A DNA stretch of 64,000 bases from an uncultured Gammaproteobacteria bacterium (GTDB lineage: Bacteria; Patescibacteriota; Microgenomatia; Levybacterales; UBA12049): assembly GCA_964637955.1 (NCBI GenBank), contig CAZWXQ010000006.1:26926-90925 (forward strand), read 5' to 3'. Of this stretch, positions 28,896-38,729 are shown in pieces. The notes under the pieces were generated by a model. It made no database searches and was not told where the DNA came from. It saw only the letters and a program-made list of their open reading frames with translations. The first letter of the stretch is position 1. Every line of letters starts with the position of its first letter. Made by a program: the position numbers and the translations under genes.

Positions 28896-30989
28896 CTATC
28901 TAGCTGGGGAAGGAGATACGCTTGGTCTTGCTGATGGTGAAGGTGTAAGGCTTGTTGTTGGGCCTGGAATTTTAACAGGTGGATTTTGTTCTGGAAGTTG
29001 AGCTTGTGGTTGATTTACTTGAAGATCACCTTGATTAACTGAAGGCTGCGTGTTTGCTTGCTGACTATTTGCTGCTTTTTGTTGAAGAGCAGCAATCTCT
29101 TTATCAATTACGTCAACACTAGCTTTATCTTTAATTACTAATTGTCTTACTGTTTGATATTGTGTAAGTGCTCCTTGGAAGTCTCCTTTTTGCTCTAAAG
29201 CATGACCTAAATTATAGTATGCGTTAGCAAAGTCTGGTTTTAGGCTGGCAGCATATTGGAATTGTCTGATTGCATTATCCCATTGACCCAATTGATAGTA
29301 AATTCCACCATAATTTATGTATTCTTGAGGGTTATTTGGATCAAGAATGATCGCCTGTTGGTTTGCGAGTAATGCAAATTGATCTGCATTTTGACCAAAT
29401 CCGATGAGTGCTCTATAAATAGATGAAAGATTCTGCCAGTTAACTGATGTTTGAGGAGAAACTGTGCTTGCATTTCTGCCACTATTTATAGCTTGTTGGA
29501 TAAGTTGATATATTGTTTGTTGTTGTTCTTGGGTAGGTTGTGTGCCTTGAGGGATACTTAAAGCCAAGTTGTTAGCTATAGCAAGGTTAATTTGAGAGAA
29601 TATTCTGTGATATCCATCCCTTTGTGGGAACATTCTGATAGCGTCTGTTTGATATTTGTATGTATTCTGAGCATCGTTCTTTGAAGCGTAGATGAGTGAT
29701 TTTTGGAATAAGTAGTCTGAAGCTAAGAATCTCACGCTAACTATGCCTATTACGAATGTGAATACCCCAACTAGTACTGCAAATGCGACTGGAAGTAAGT
29801 TAGAGTGTTCTGAGCTTGTTCTTGAGTTTGGATCAGTAAGTGCAAATACGCCTTGTCTAAGTGTAACTAATCTTAAATCTACATCAAAGAAGTTTGAATT
29901 GTGATGTTCTCCAAATCCTCGACTTACACTATATAAAGCTAATATTACGAAGAATAACATTATTGAAGAATATGAGAAAGGAAGTATGAAAGCTAGTACT
30001 ACTGCCAAGATTAAAGGAGTAAATAATGGTTTAGTTCTGAATATTTTATAGATTAAGAATAAGAATGACAGAATGCCAAGAAGTCCTGTTGTAGCTATTA
30101 ATTCAAGCGCGAATGTAGATGATCTTAAGAATGATAGATTCCAAAGGGCTTCACTTGCGTTAAATGTTGCTGGCTTGAATCTGGTGAAGTCAGTTAAGAA
30201 TGTGCCTAGGCCTGATCCCATTAAGAAGCCTTGAACCACACGGCCATTATCCTGAGATATTGCTGCGAATGCTGTTTGAAAACCTGTTTGATATGGTAAG
30301 ATAACTGGCTTTTGAAGAGTAAACATGGCAATTGCTGTAATAACTACACCTAAAAGAAGTACGAAAGCTCCTCCTACAAAGATTAAGCTACCTTTCTCTG
30401 CTACGGCTTTCTTTTTGAGAGCTGGAAGAGCCATGTAAAGAGCCATAGCTAAAATGAGAACTAAGTACATTAGTTGATCGAAGAGTGATCCAAATGTAGT
30501 GAAAGTCTGAACTTTAGCAAATGAAAATGGAAGCAAATAGATCTTTAGGTATGAAAGAAGAGTAATAGCTGAAACTAAAATTCCTCCACCAATCAACATT
30601 CCCAGCAGAAACTTGAAATCTTGCTGTTTCTTAGCCGTGTTGGTGATTATGAAGAAGAATAGTGCTGCGAACATGAAGGGAACAAATGTAATAAGAGAAT
30701 CAAATCTGTTTACTGCAAATACGCTTGAAAGGAGAGCTGCTAATATTAATAGTACTATTGGAAGATCAAATGGGGTTCTTCTGAGCCTTACGTTCTTGGT
30801 AAGAATTCCTCTAGCTGCCATTAAAACCAAGCCTGAAATTACTACAAAAGCAATACCTGCTTGTTTTGGAATTAGATATGCATCTGTTGTAATAGATGCT
30901 ACTAGAACAGGAAATAAAAGTAAATAAATACCTTGTATTACTACAGAAGCTTTATCTAATTGATGGGCATGTTTGTTTCTGTTTTCCAT
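28896..30989 (-). CDS. O-antigen ligase/polymerase (Wzy_C)-like polytopic membrane protein with C-terminal TPR repeats and Pro-rich tail
   Basis: About 11 TM helices. TPR-like AIRQFQYAASLKPDFANAYYNLGHALEQKGDFQGALTQYQ. PSPSARPSVSPSP tail. Confidence 0.65.
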   Translation of the reverse strand: MENRNKHAHQLDKASVVIQGIYLLLFPVLVASITTDAYLIPKQAGIAFVVISGLVLMAARGILTKNVRLRRTPFDLPIVLLILAALLSSVFAVNRFDSLITFVPFMFAALFFFIITNTAKKQQDFKFLLGMLIGGGILVSAITLLSYLKIYLLPFSFAKVQTFTTFGSLFDQLMYLVLILAMALYMALPALKKKAVAEKGSLIFVGGAFVLLLGVVITAIAMFTLQKPVILPYQTGFQTAFAAISQDNGRVVQGFLMGSGLGTFLTDFTRFKPATFNASEALWNLSFLRSSTFALELIATTGLLGILSFLFLIYKIFRTKPLFTPLILAVVLAFILPFSYSSIMLFFVILALYSVSRGFGEHHNSNFFDVDLRLVTLRQGVFALTDPNSRTSSEHSNLLPVAFAVLVGVFTFVIGIVSVRFLASDYLFQKSLIYASKNDAQNTYKYQTDAIRMFPQRDGYHRIFSQINLAIANNLALSIPQGTQPTQEQQQTIYQLIQQAINSGRNASTVSPQTSVNWQNLSSIYRALIGFGQNADQFALLANQQAIILDPNNPQEYINYGGIYYQLGQWDNAIRQFQYAASLKPDFANAYYNLGHALEQKGDFQGALTQYQTVRQLVIKDKASVDVIDKEIAALQQKAANSQQANTQPSVNQGDLQVNQPQAQLPEQNPPVKIPGPTTSLTPSPSARPSVSPSPAR

Positions 30990-31053
30990 GTATCTAATAA
31001 CTGTAATTTAGCAAAAGTATAATGTCAAGCATAAATAATTAGTAATAACTATA

Positions 31054-34000
31054 TCAATTTATAAGAATCCAATTAAAAGGAACTGATTTCTCAATTGCTT
31101 TAGATAACCCAACGGAAAACGATTCTCCAGGGACTTGTCTCAGTAGATATACGCTCTGATTTGGGATGCTAGTTCTTGGAGTGATATATATTAGTGAATC
31201 CTTGGTGACTAAAGGATTTCTGATAGTTAGTTCATTTTTATAAGGCATTATGTCTGCAGTTCCTGCTGATCCTGTGGCTATTACCTCAGTTTCGCTTACG
31301 GCCAAGGCTTTATGTATAAAGCTAAGATTTAGCTTATTAAAAGTCCCTGATCCTGAAGCTTCTACGTCACCCTTATAATTAAATGTTAATACTGCTGAGC
31401 CCGTGCCAGTTTTAAATTCAATTTTGGACTCGTTTATATCATCAGATTTAAAGTCAAATATAAGATCACGACCGGGGATTGGAGCAATTATATTTGCCAA
31501 AAGTTCGCCATTAACCTGCGCATTTTTAGCAAAGTATGCGTTTCCTCCTACTTTTAGATTTCCTTCAGTATCAAATTCTACAAGGCCTCCTGCGATGGAG
31601 ACACCTCCTTGTCTTAAGGGTTGAAGTTCAAGGTTTCCTCCGAGAACATTTATGCTTCTTCCAGCAATTGAAAGCTGTGCGCCTACGAATAGTCTCTCGG
31701 CAATATTTGCTTCATAGAAGCTGGTTTGACCCCATGAAACGAGACTTTCCGTAAAGGTTCCTGAGCTTGCGCTAAATCCGGCAATATCATTTGAGCCATT
31801 AGCAGATGCCAAGTTTGTAGTAGAAGCGGATTCACTACTATTATAATAGTAGTTATTAGAAATATAAGTGTTACTTGCTGAAGAAGAGGATAGGTTAATT
31901 CCTTGAAGCTTGGCCAAGGCTTCTTCAGAAAGATCTAGTTGGTCAGCTATGATTTTGTCTGCTCTAAGGGTTCCTGAAATGCTCGCATCGTTTGTTTGTA
32001 ATGAGTTTGAGGCTAGATTGCCTGAGAAGCTGGCATTTCCTTCTGCGTCAATTGAAGCTATGGCTGAATTTGAGGCATTAAAGACTTCAACCTTTGAAGA
32101 CTTATCGCTTGTCGGCAATTTGATTACAAGTTTTTCTCCAGACTTAGGCTTGATAATATCTGACTCAATGATAGGTGAGGAAAGTGCGATTTGTTTTTGG
32201 CCAACTCTCTCGTCGACTATACTATATATATAGTCCCTAATATTTTTCCCTGCAATTGTAATATCTTCACTAGCGATTGCCAGTGTATCAACTGAAAGAT
32301 TTTCAATGTGGGCTACTATTATATATGCGCTACTTACCGTCAGTCTTCCGAGCTCTAGATATCCAGCTTTTATGTTGGCTGCGAAAAGATCTGAAAATGC
32401 CTCAACTTTAGTTATTGGTAGATCATCATAGGTTATTCCGAAGCCGTTTTCTTGATTTGGAGTAATATTGAGTGAATCTGCGCGAGTAATGAATTTTTCA
32501 CTACTATTATAAGTAGCTTTCACAAATATCATTACTCCATCCTGATTTTCATCCCAATCTTCAAGTGCTTGGCCTATGACTGGTCCAGGATCTGTTGCTC
32601 TCATTATTTTTCCGGGAGTACTTGATGACGTTACATAGTCACCTTGAAAAATTTTGCCATTTTCATTGCTTGCCTTAACGATGATTCTTCCGCTAAGCGC
32701 AACAGGAACTTGTTTTTGTTCTCTGTATTGATTTCCATTAAAGCCTCCGAGTAAAAGGCCAGGAGCTGTTGATATTGCTCCAATTGCGCGTGGGTCATAA
32801 GGAGTTGAGCTTCTTTTCACAAAAACACCTCTTTGAGGATCCATAGTTACGACTTCGCCTGCTGTTAAGCTGGTGTCATATGTTGGATAATTCTCAGCCA
32901 CATCATAAACACTGGTAGCCGTGGAGGATGAGTAGATTACCCCTTCAGAATTATTGTCATTGTTACAATCCGAATCACTTCCAACACAGAGTCCACCACC
33001 TGAGATTTGAACTTTTGACTCGGGGTTAACTGTTCCTATCCCAACATTACCACCATTTCCATTATTTGACATGACTATTAGATTGCCTGCAATTGTCGCT
33101 GTCGGGAGGTTAGTGCTAACATTTATGATCCCAAATTTGGCGGAAGAGGTGGAATTTCCCCCAACTAAGAAGTCATTTGTAGAATTACTCAAAAAAACCG
33201 ATCCGAGCGATTGGTTAAGGTTTGAGTTTTGTGATCCCGATGAGCAAGGTGCCCAAGTTGGTGAGGATCCATTTGAAATAAGACATAATCCGCTTGCTCC
33301 AATTGAAAGTCTGTTTAATCCATTTGAATTATTAGCATAGAGCATATCACCTGAATTGTAACTTGTGATTCCAGTTCCGCCAAAATTTACGCCAAGTGAA
33401 TTATTCACGCTCCATATGCCTTGATTAATTACTGGTACGCCAGTGGAGGAGGAAGTGTTTAGTCCAGTTCCTCCATAAGTGTTTGTGATAAGTCCAGCTT
33501 TCCATGATCCGGTATTTATGGTTCCATTTGTAATGCCAAGTCCATTAATGTTTCCAGAGGTTAAAATATTTCCACCGTTATCAACTAAGAATTTTGTTAT
33601 CGCTCCAGTCGATGCAATTATAAGATCCCCGGTCGAGTTTTGGTTAATACTTAAAATAGCTTGTCTCCCAGAGGTTCCATTTACGAGAAGCATATCTTCG
33701 ACTAAAACTGCTCCTTGTACCAGAGAATCGCTGTTTGATGTATTTTTAATTCCTTTTCGTATGTCAATCGAACCTGAGCCATCTGGTGAGAGAATTATGT
33801 CGCCATTGGTTTGCGACGTCGTAGAGAGAACTAGTGTTTTTCCTGAGATAGTAAAAGTTCCACCGGTTGCTTGAAAAGTCGGACTAGCATTTCCACCAAT
33901 AGTCAAATTTCCAGATGAGTTTAAGGAGAGTAGAACATTTGAAGTCTCTGAAGAGCTAGTAATTGGTTCAAGCCCTTGAACTGTTTCTGAGTTTTGAGAA

Positions 34001-35490
34001 TATGCAACAGTGGCGATTGGTTGTCTAGGAGTTAGTTCTTTTGTTTCATCGACTGTTATTCCCAAAAAGAGGGAAGGATTCTCGGAGAAAAGATTTTGAG
34101 GGATTGGTGTGTTTTTCCCCAAAACTACATTAAAAATTCCATCAGCATTTGGAGTAGCCGGAATTACTTCTTGCCAAAGAAGAGCAGAGCCAGATGCTAC
34201 TGCGTTTTTATAAAGCCCCATTCTTAGATTTGTTTCATAATTTATAGCTTGTCCACTGGCGTCTGTTATTCTTCCTTGGAAAGTAAGCACTCTTGAAGCA
34301 GTTGAAGGATTAGAGCCTAATACTGATAGACTTTTTTGATTTACTGAATTTACTCTTGATAAAAGTAGGTATGAAAATAAAATCACGGTCAGCATAAGAA
34401 GAGAAAGGTGAAAATAGGAAACAAATGTATATGAATGATATCTTTTGTACCAATTTGGTCTTGAATATCTACTAATGTGGATGATTTTTTTATGAACGGG
34501 CATTCCTTCGGTTGAAATGCTTGAAGGAGAATAGGTAGATTTAGATATGTTTTTGACTGAAAAATTATTTTGAGTATTAGCAAATGTATTAAATGTTGAT
34601 TTTGCGTTTTGTTCAAAGACTGGTTTTCCCTTAGCGATCCAAATAGCCTTATCAGCTTGAGATAAAGCGGCAGCAAAAGGGGTAACCAGTAGAGTTTCTG
34701 CCGCTAATTTTAGGCCTATATTTGATTTTTGGGCTATTCTAACCGGGGGAATACTAGAATATTTGATATCCTTTGATACATTTTCTTCAGTTAAATTTGG
34801 GGTAAAAGCGGGTATTATTAATTTATCGTCTAGCCTCGATTCGTTTAGCACTTGAATATTTGATCTGATAAGTTCGTGCTCAGTCGCCCAATTTGAGTAT
34901 CTTCGCAGAGATGAAAGCTTTCTATTAACAGAAGCAGGGGAGAGAAGTAGTGAATTTAGAAGATAATTTTTAAATTCATTTATTGAATTATTATTTACAT
35001 TATTTAAGGCTAAGCTAGCTTTGCTGTTAGCATTTGGAGCGTCTATTATGCTAGCCTCAAGCCAGTTTTTGTACTGTTTTAAGTCTATGATATAGTTTTT
35101 TATAGTAAGATTAGATGCCTTTTCTGTGTATAGATAATTTTTAAATTCTCTTATTCTCCACGTGTCTTGATCAATTTCACGATCAATTTCAATTTTAGCC
35201 TCAAATGGAGATTGTGAAACAATGCCTTGAGAATGAAGGAACGTAAAAAATTTACGAAGACTTGAGATGTTTCTTTCAACTGAGGACGCGGAATAGATTG
35301 AAAGTGAGGCTAATTTGAAGCTTTCTATTAATTCATAATTAATTTCGAGCGGATTAAAGCCCATATTAAATTGCTTTTCATACCATTTAGTAAACCTATT
35401 CACATCTGATACATAGTTTTTCACGGTAACTTTTGAAGCTGGGTGGCTTTGATTGAGTAAATAGTCTCGAAATTGTTCAGATAAGTTCAT
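31054..35490 (-). CDS. Giant (1478 aa) surface protein: N-terminal triple tyrosine-recombinase-type SAM-like (core-binding) modules, one TM helix, Gly/Ser/Thr-rich extracellular repeats, C-terminal domain shared with 1..5109
   Basis: aa 5-95 FRDYLL...VTVKNYVSDVNRFTKWY...SSVERNISSLRKFFTFLHSQGIV resembles XerC/D N-terminal domain. Two further partial copies (EFKNYLYTEKASNLTIKNYIIDLKQYKNWL; EFKNYLLNSLLLSPASVNRKLSSLRRYSNWA). TM YTFVSYFHLSLLMLTVILFSYLLL. No recombinase catalytic domain. Confidence 0.7.
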   Translation of the reverse strand: MNLSEQFRDYLLNQSHPASKVTVKNYVSDVNRFTKWYEKQFNMGFNPLEINYELIESFKLASLSIYSASSVERNISSLRKFFTFLHSQGIVSQSPFEAKIEIDREIDQDTWRIREFKNYLYTEKASNLTIKNYIIDLKQYKNWLEASIIDAPNANSKASLALNNVNNNSINEFKNYLLNSLLLSPASVNRKLSSLRRYSNWATEHELIRSNIQVLNESRLDDKLIIPAFTPNLTEENVSKDIKYSSIPPVRIAQKSNIGLKLAAETLLVTPFAAALSQADKAIWIAKGKPVFEQNAKSTFNTFANTQNNFSVKNISKSTYSPSSISTEGMPVHKKIIHISRYSRPNWYKRYHSYTFVSYFHLSLLMLTVILFSYLLLSRVNSVNQKSLSVLGSNPSTASRVLTFQGRITDASGQAINYETNLRMGLYKNAVASGSALLWQEVIPATPNADGIFNVVLGKNTPIPQNLFSENPSLFLGITVDETKELTPRQPIATVAYSQNSETVQGLEPITSSSETSNVLLSLNSSGNLTIGGNASPTFQATGGTFTISGKTLVLSTTSQTNGDIILSPDGSGSIDIRKGIKNTSNSDSLVQGAVLVEDMLLVNGTSGRQAILSINQNSTGDLIIASTGAITKFLVDNGGNILTSGNINGLGITNGTINTGSWKAGLITNTYGGTGLNTSSSTGVPVINQGIWSVNNSLGVNFGGTGITSYNSGDMLYANNSNGLNRLSIGASGLCLISNGSSPTWAPCSSGSQNSNLNQSLGSVFLSNSTNDFLVGGNSTSSAKFGIINVSTNLPTATIAGNLIVMSNNGNGGNVGIGTVNPESKVQISGGGLCVGSDSDCNNDNNSEGVIYSSSTATSVYDVAENYPTYDTSLTAGEVVTMDPQRGVFVKRSSTPYDPRAIGAISTAPGLLLGGFNGNQYREQKQVPVALSGRIIVKASNENGKIFQGDYVTSSSTPGKIMRATDPGPVIGQALEDWDENQDGVMIFVKATYNSSEKFITRADSLNITPNQENGFGITYDDLPITKVEAFSDLFAANIKAGYLELGRLTVSSAYIIVAHIENLSVDTLAIASEDITIAGKNIRDYIYSIVDERVGQKQIALSSPIIESDIIKPKSGEKLVIKLPTSDKSSKVEVFNASNSAIASIDAEGNASFSGNLASNSLQTNDASISGTLRADKIIADQLDLSEEALAKLQGINLSSSSASNTYISNNYYYNSSESASTTNLASANGSNDIAGFSASSGTFTESLVSWGQTSFYEANIAERLFVGAQLSIAGRSINVLGGNLELQPLRQGGVSIAGGLVEFDTEGNLKVGGNAYFAKNAQVNGELLANIIAPIPGRDLIFDFKSDDINESKIEFKTGTGSAVLTFNYKGDVEASGSGTFNKLNLSFIHKALAVSETEVIATGSAGTADIMPYKNELTIRNPLVTKDSLIYITPRTSIPNQSVYLLRQVPGESFSVGLSKAIEKSVPFNWILIN

Positions 35491-36028
35491 ATTTATGATT
35501 CCCGAAATAAAGTATTAAAAATGCTCTTTTAGCCTTGAGATTATACGGATTATACTGATTATTCTTGTGTAATAAATTAATTACTGTTATACAATAAGAA
35601 TAGTGTAGCTTTGTGCCTGAAGTCAAGAACCTGGAGTAGTGTGAAATGATATATTTAGTTATAATTAGGTAGAATAAATAACGATTTTTAAAGTTTTGTG
35701 AAAAGTAATTCTTTGTGTAAATTCAGCTTTGGACTGTGAAAAACTTAATTTTCCACAGAATAATATCTAAATTTTCATGCTTGGCGGTTGGTTTGTCATT
35801 TTTGGCGAAGAAGAGTGGTATGTGCTAGCTTTCTGACGTTTTTATTTAGCCTCAATTGCAAATTCCTTATCAGTAGCATGTCTCGCACTGCTAAATTTTC
35901 AAGTTATTATGTGTTTATTTACGCGTTAAATAAGCCTGTATGCCACCTTTAATATGTTTGCTAATGCCTTAGTGGTGATTTAGTTTGGTTTTAGCTTCGT
36001 TATCCAAGTTATTATACCAAGATTTAAT

Positions 36029-36973
36029 TTACTTTATTCTGTTTTTTAACTTTGCAGCTCTTATAAGCCAAGTAAGTATAGTTATCAGAGAAACTGTAAC
36101 TAGTAGACCTTTTACTGGCAATGCGAAAAATACTTTTGATTCGTGTAGTAGGGGGCCATTTTCAGAAATTGCCACATTAAGATCAGCCTTATATATTCCT
36201 AGAAGAAAGTTTTCATTCCAGGCTAACTTGCCGTTTGAGTTAGCTATAATTCTGCTCGAGTTTTCTAGTATCGTGGTTGGTTCAATTTCGACATTTCCTA
36301 CAGTTTGGCCAAACATGTTTTTTATGACTAAATTTCCTTTTGAAGTAACAAAATGCTTGCTGGTATTACTTATTTCTAATTCAGCTTCAACTGGACCATT
36401 TGAAACAAATCGGGGTATGGTAAATTTGGAAATAGCTCCGGTTGATTTATCATCTGATCCAACAGTAAGAAGAAGATTTACGCCTAAGCCTGCTTTATTC
36501 AAAACTATATTTGTCTTAGCTTCGCCAGAAGCTGTTTGAGATAAGAAAATAGCTGTGAAATAATAATCTCTTTGTTCAACTTCATCAGTAACCGGGATCA
36601 TTAGCAAGAGATTTTTCCTTTGAAAAGGTGGCACTGTGAGCTCGCTTAAGGGTTTTCCCTGGTCTGATATAGTTACTTTTTCAAAGAAAGATTTATATTC
36701 TTCTGAGAGTTCTGGATCAAAATTAGGTTCTCCGCTAAAATCAGAATTAGCCTTGAATGGGCGAAGAAAGATATTGTAAGTTATATTTTGATCCGATGAA
36801 TTATAAATATTTATCGGAGCTTTCACGACAGAAGGTGAGCTTGCGCGAATCTTAATTACGCTTGGGTTTACGCTTGTGGAAAAATTTTGAGCACTAGCGT
36901 TTTGTGCAAATGTAGTTAAAAGCATAAGCGCAATTAGAAGTATAATTTTCAATTTTAAATTTTTAATTTTCAT
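36029..36973 (-). CDS. Secreted protein with C-terminal TM anchor (hypothetical)
   Basis: N-term MKIKNLKLKIILLIALMLLTTFAQNASA is a signal peptide; first 10 codons encoded by AT-rich repeat. C-term VKGLLVTVSLITILTWLIRAAKLKNRIK. Confidence 0.55.
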   Translation of the reverse strand: MKIKNLKLKIILLIALMLLTTFAQNASAQNFSTSVNPSVIKIRASSPSVVKAPINIYNSSDQNITYNIFLRPFKANSDFSGEPNFDPELSEEYKSFFEKVTISDQGKPLSELTVPPFQRKNLLLMIPVTDEVEQRDYYFTAIFLSQTASGEAKTNIVLNKAGLGVNLLLTVGSDDKSTGAISKFTIPRFVSNGPVEAELEISNTSKHFVTSKGNLVIKNMFGQTVGNVEIEPTTILENSSRIIANSNGKLAWNENFLLGIYKADLNVAISENGPLLHESKVFFALPVKGLLVTVSLITILTWLIRAAKLKNRIK

Positions 36974-37045
36974 TCAATTATTAAATTTTAAAACATTTAG
37001 ATTTCATTAATAATTTTAAATTAGTAATTTTAAATTATTATTAGC
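36941..37045. repeat. AT-rich repeat family copy 3 (overlaps start codon of 36029..36973)
   Basis: ATAATTTTCAATTTTAAATTTTTAATTTTCATTCAATTATTAAATTTTAAAACATTTAGATTTCATT matches 18438-18550. Confidence 0.6.
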
Positions 37046-37049
37046 AAAG

Positions 37050-37793
37050 CTAATAACTAGGAATAGCTATGAAAGTAACTGTATTTGAATAGGGGCCTCG
37101 AGGCTGAGATGAGGAAACATTCACTTTGTAAGTAATCGAAGCTTCCTGGCCTAAGCTAGAGCTCTCAGAGAGCATGGTGGTTGGAGTCTCATCTTTTGAT
37201 GCATCTGAGAATTGTTTGAAATAATTTTCTCTATCAAAGCTAGTGTCATTTTCCACGCAGCTAGATTTACTAGAATCACATCTATATCCAAATCCATAAG
37301 TAAGAGTGCTGTCCCATTTGTCTGAAGTATAATCTGTGCATTTTCCATTATCACAAGTCGTGTCTGGGATTTTCACGCCTTTTTTAGCTTCGGTTAATTC
37401 ATGATTTTCAATTCCTGTAACTTTATAGCCAGCCTTATTCATGTTTTTAACTTTCAAAATATTGCTTCTGGTCACTGGATTGGTTGGGGAAAGTGAGCCG
37501 AAATCGATATTAGTGCTTGAAATAGAAAAACTGAATGGGTTATTTTCTGGAGAATAGTTTTTTCCCAAATCAACTTTATAGTTCACGCCTGAAAGCTCAT
37601 TACCCGTATTAGATGTGTCTATATCGATATTATTTGATGTAGTCGGGTCTGCAAAAGAATTGATGTTTTCAATCTGAACTTTATACATCGAATTCTGAGA
37701 TGACTGGGCACGAACCAAAGGCATAGAAATAAACAAATAAGCAAATAAACAAATAAGCAAATAAATTTTTAATTTTAAATTTTTAATTTTCAT
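37050..37793 (-). CDS. Secreted hypothetical protein (247 aa)
   Basis: N-term MKIKNLKLKIYLLICLFAYLFISMPLVRA signal peptide, again starting inside an AT-rich repeat copy (37755-37830). Cys-containing middle region. Confidence 0.5.
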   Translation of the reverse strand: MKIKNLKLKIYLLICLFAYLFISMPLVRAQSSQNSMYKVQIENINSFADPTTSNNIDIDTSNTGNELSGVNYKVDLGKNYSPENNPFSFSISSTNIDFGSLSPTNPVTRSNILKVKNMNKAGYKVTGIENHELTEAKKGVKIPDTTCDNGKCTDYTSDKWDSTLTYGFGYRCDSSKSSCVENDTSFDRENYFKQFSDASKDETPTTMLSESSSLGQEASITYKVNVSSSQPRGPYSNTVTFIAIPSY

Positions 37794-37906
37794 TGAAATA
37801 TTAATTCAAAATTTACAAATAATAATTTTCCGTTAATTAAATCGTAGCACAAAAGTAATATAACCTGCCATGAAGTCAGTTTCGCTGCAATTTAAAGACC
37901 TATAGT

Positions 37907-37935
37907 TTGACATTTACCTTAAAATATGGTAGGAT
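37907..37935 (+). promoter_or_regulatory. Sigma70-like promoter TTGACA-17-TAGGAT upstream of long structured leader of high-GC gene 38286..38729
   Basis: Consensus -35, 17-nt spacer, TAnnnT -10, all in AT-rich DNA just before the GC jump. Confidence 0.4.
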
Positions 37936-38028
37936 ATAGATCGCTTTTTGAGGCTAAATTAGCCATTTGCGGTTAAAATTAGCATCATTAAGTTTATTTA
38001 TTCTGAGAGGTTAATTTTTCTCAGATCT

Positions 38029-38130
38029 GGTCGCTTAAAGCGGCCTCGCACCTTAACAGATTGTCTAGTAGCTTCTATCTGAATTTATTCAGATTTAGAA
38101 CTACTTGATGCCGATACTTAATGTATCGGT
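38029..38130 (+). promoter_or_regulatory. Conserved ~100-nt hairpin-rich leader element, copy A (second copy 46288-46392)
   Basis: GGTCGC-TTAAAG-CGGCC hairpin, CTCGCAC, AGTAGCT..TCTGAATTTATTCAGATTTAG..CTACT, then CCGATAC-TTAATG-TATCGG hairpin. Aligns position by position with 46288-46392. Confidence 0.45.
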
Positions 38131-38285
38131 ATGGAATGAAAATTATAAATTATTGCTCATGTAAAGTGAGGACAATGGTTTAGTTATTAGTAAAAATAGC
38201 TGATCTTTTGTCCTTACTTTGCTTTGGCCGCAAGGTCACATAGAAGAGTTCGCTCGACTATGAGAGCAGAAAGCAGAGAAAGAAC

Positions 38286-38729
38286 ATGTCTGAGGAGCAG
38301 AAAGCATGCAAGCAGAAAACTCAGACAAGCTGGAGCACAGGCATGTCACTTCTTAGTGTTCGCCAGAACAGCGAGCTTGAGTTCGCTCGAGCCGTGAGGA
38401 AGATCCTGGAAAAGGCCATCAAGGAGAAGGTGACGATCACCCGCATCGTCAACGATCCCGAGTGGGTCATCCGGATCATCCGTGTCGATCAAGAGGGGGG
38501 GGTTTCCTCCGTCAGGTTCGAGGCGGTCTTCTACTCCGTGAGTCCTTTCGCCTACGACAACAGGTACTTCAAGTACCTCAGCCTAGTCATCACGGATGAC
38601 AATGGCTTCGGGGGCTCAGCGGAGTTCAAGTTCACTGACGATCAGATGTTCGTGACAGTTGGCTCATTGTGGCCGTCCACGCATCCGATCCAGCTGAACC
38701 TGACGTTCGACGACGACAATTTCCGCTAG
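38286..38729 (+). CDS. Hypothetical protein (147 aa), high-GC island 2
   Basis: GC3-rich codons (atc, ttc, aag, gag, gac), unlike neighbours. Contains an in-frame G8 homopolymer at 38495-38502. Confidence 0.6.
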   Translation: MSEEQKACKQKTQTSWSTGMSLLSVRQNSELEFARAVRKILEKAIKEKVTITRIVNDPEWVIRIIRVDQEGGVSSVRFEAVFYSVSPFAYDNRYFKYLSLVITDDNGFGGSAEFKFTDDQMFVTVGSLWPSTHPIQLNLTFDDDNFR

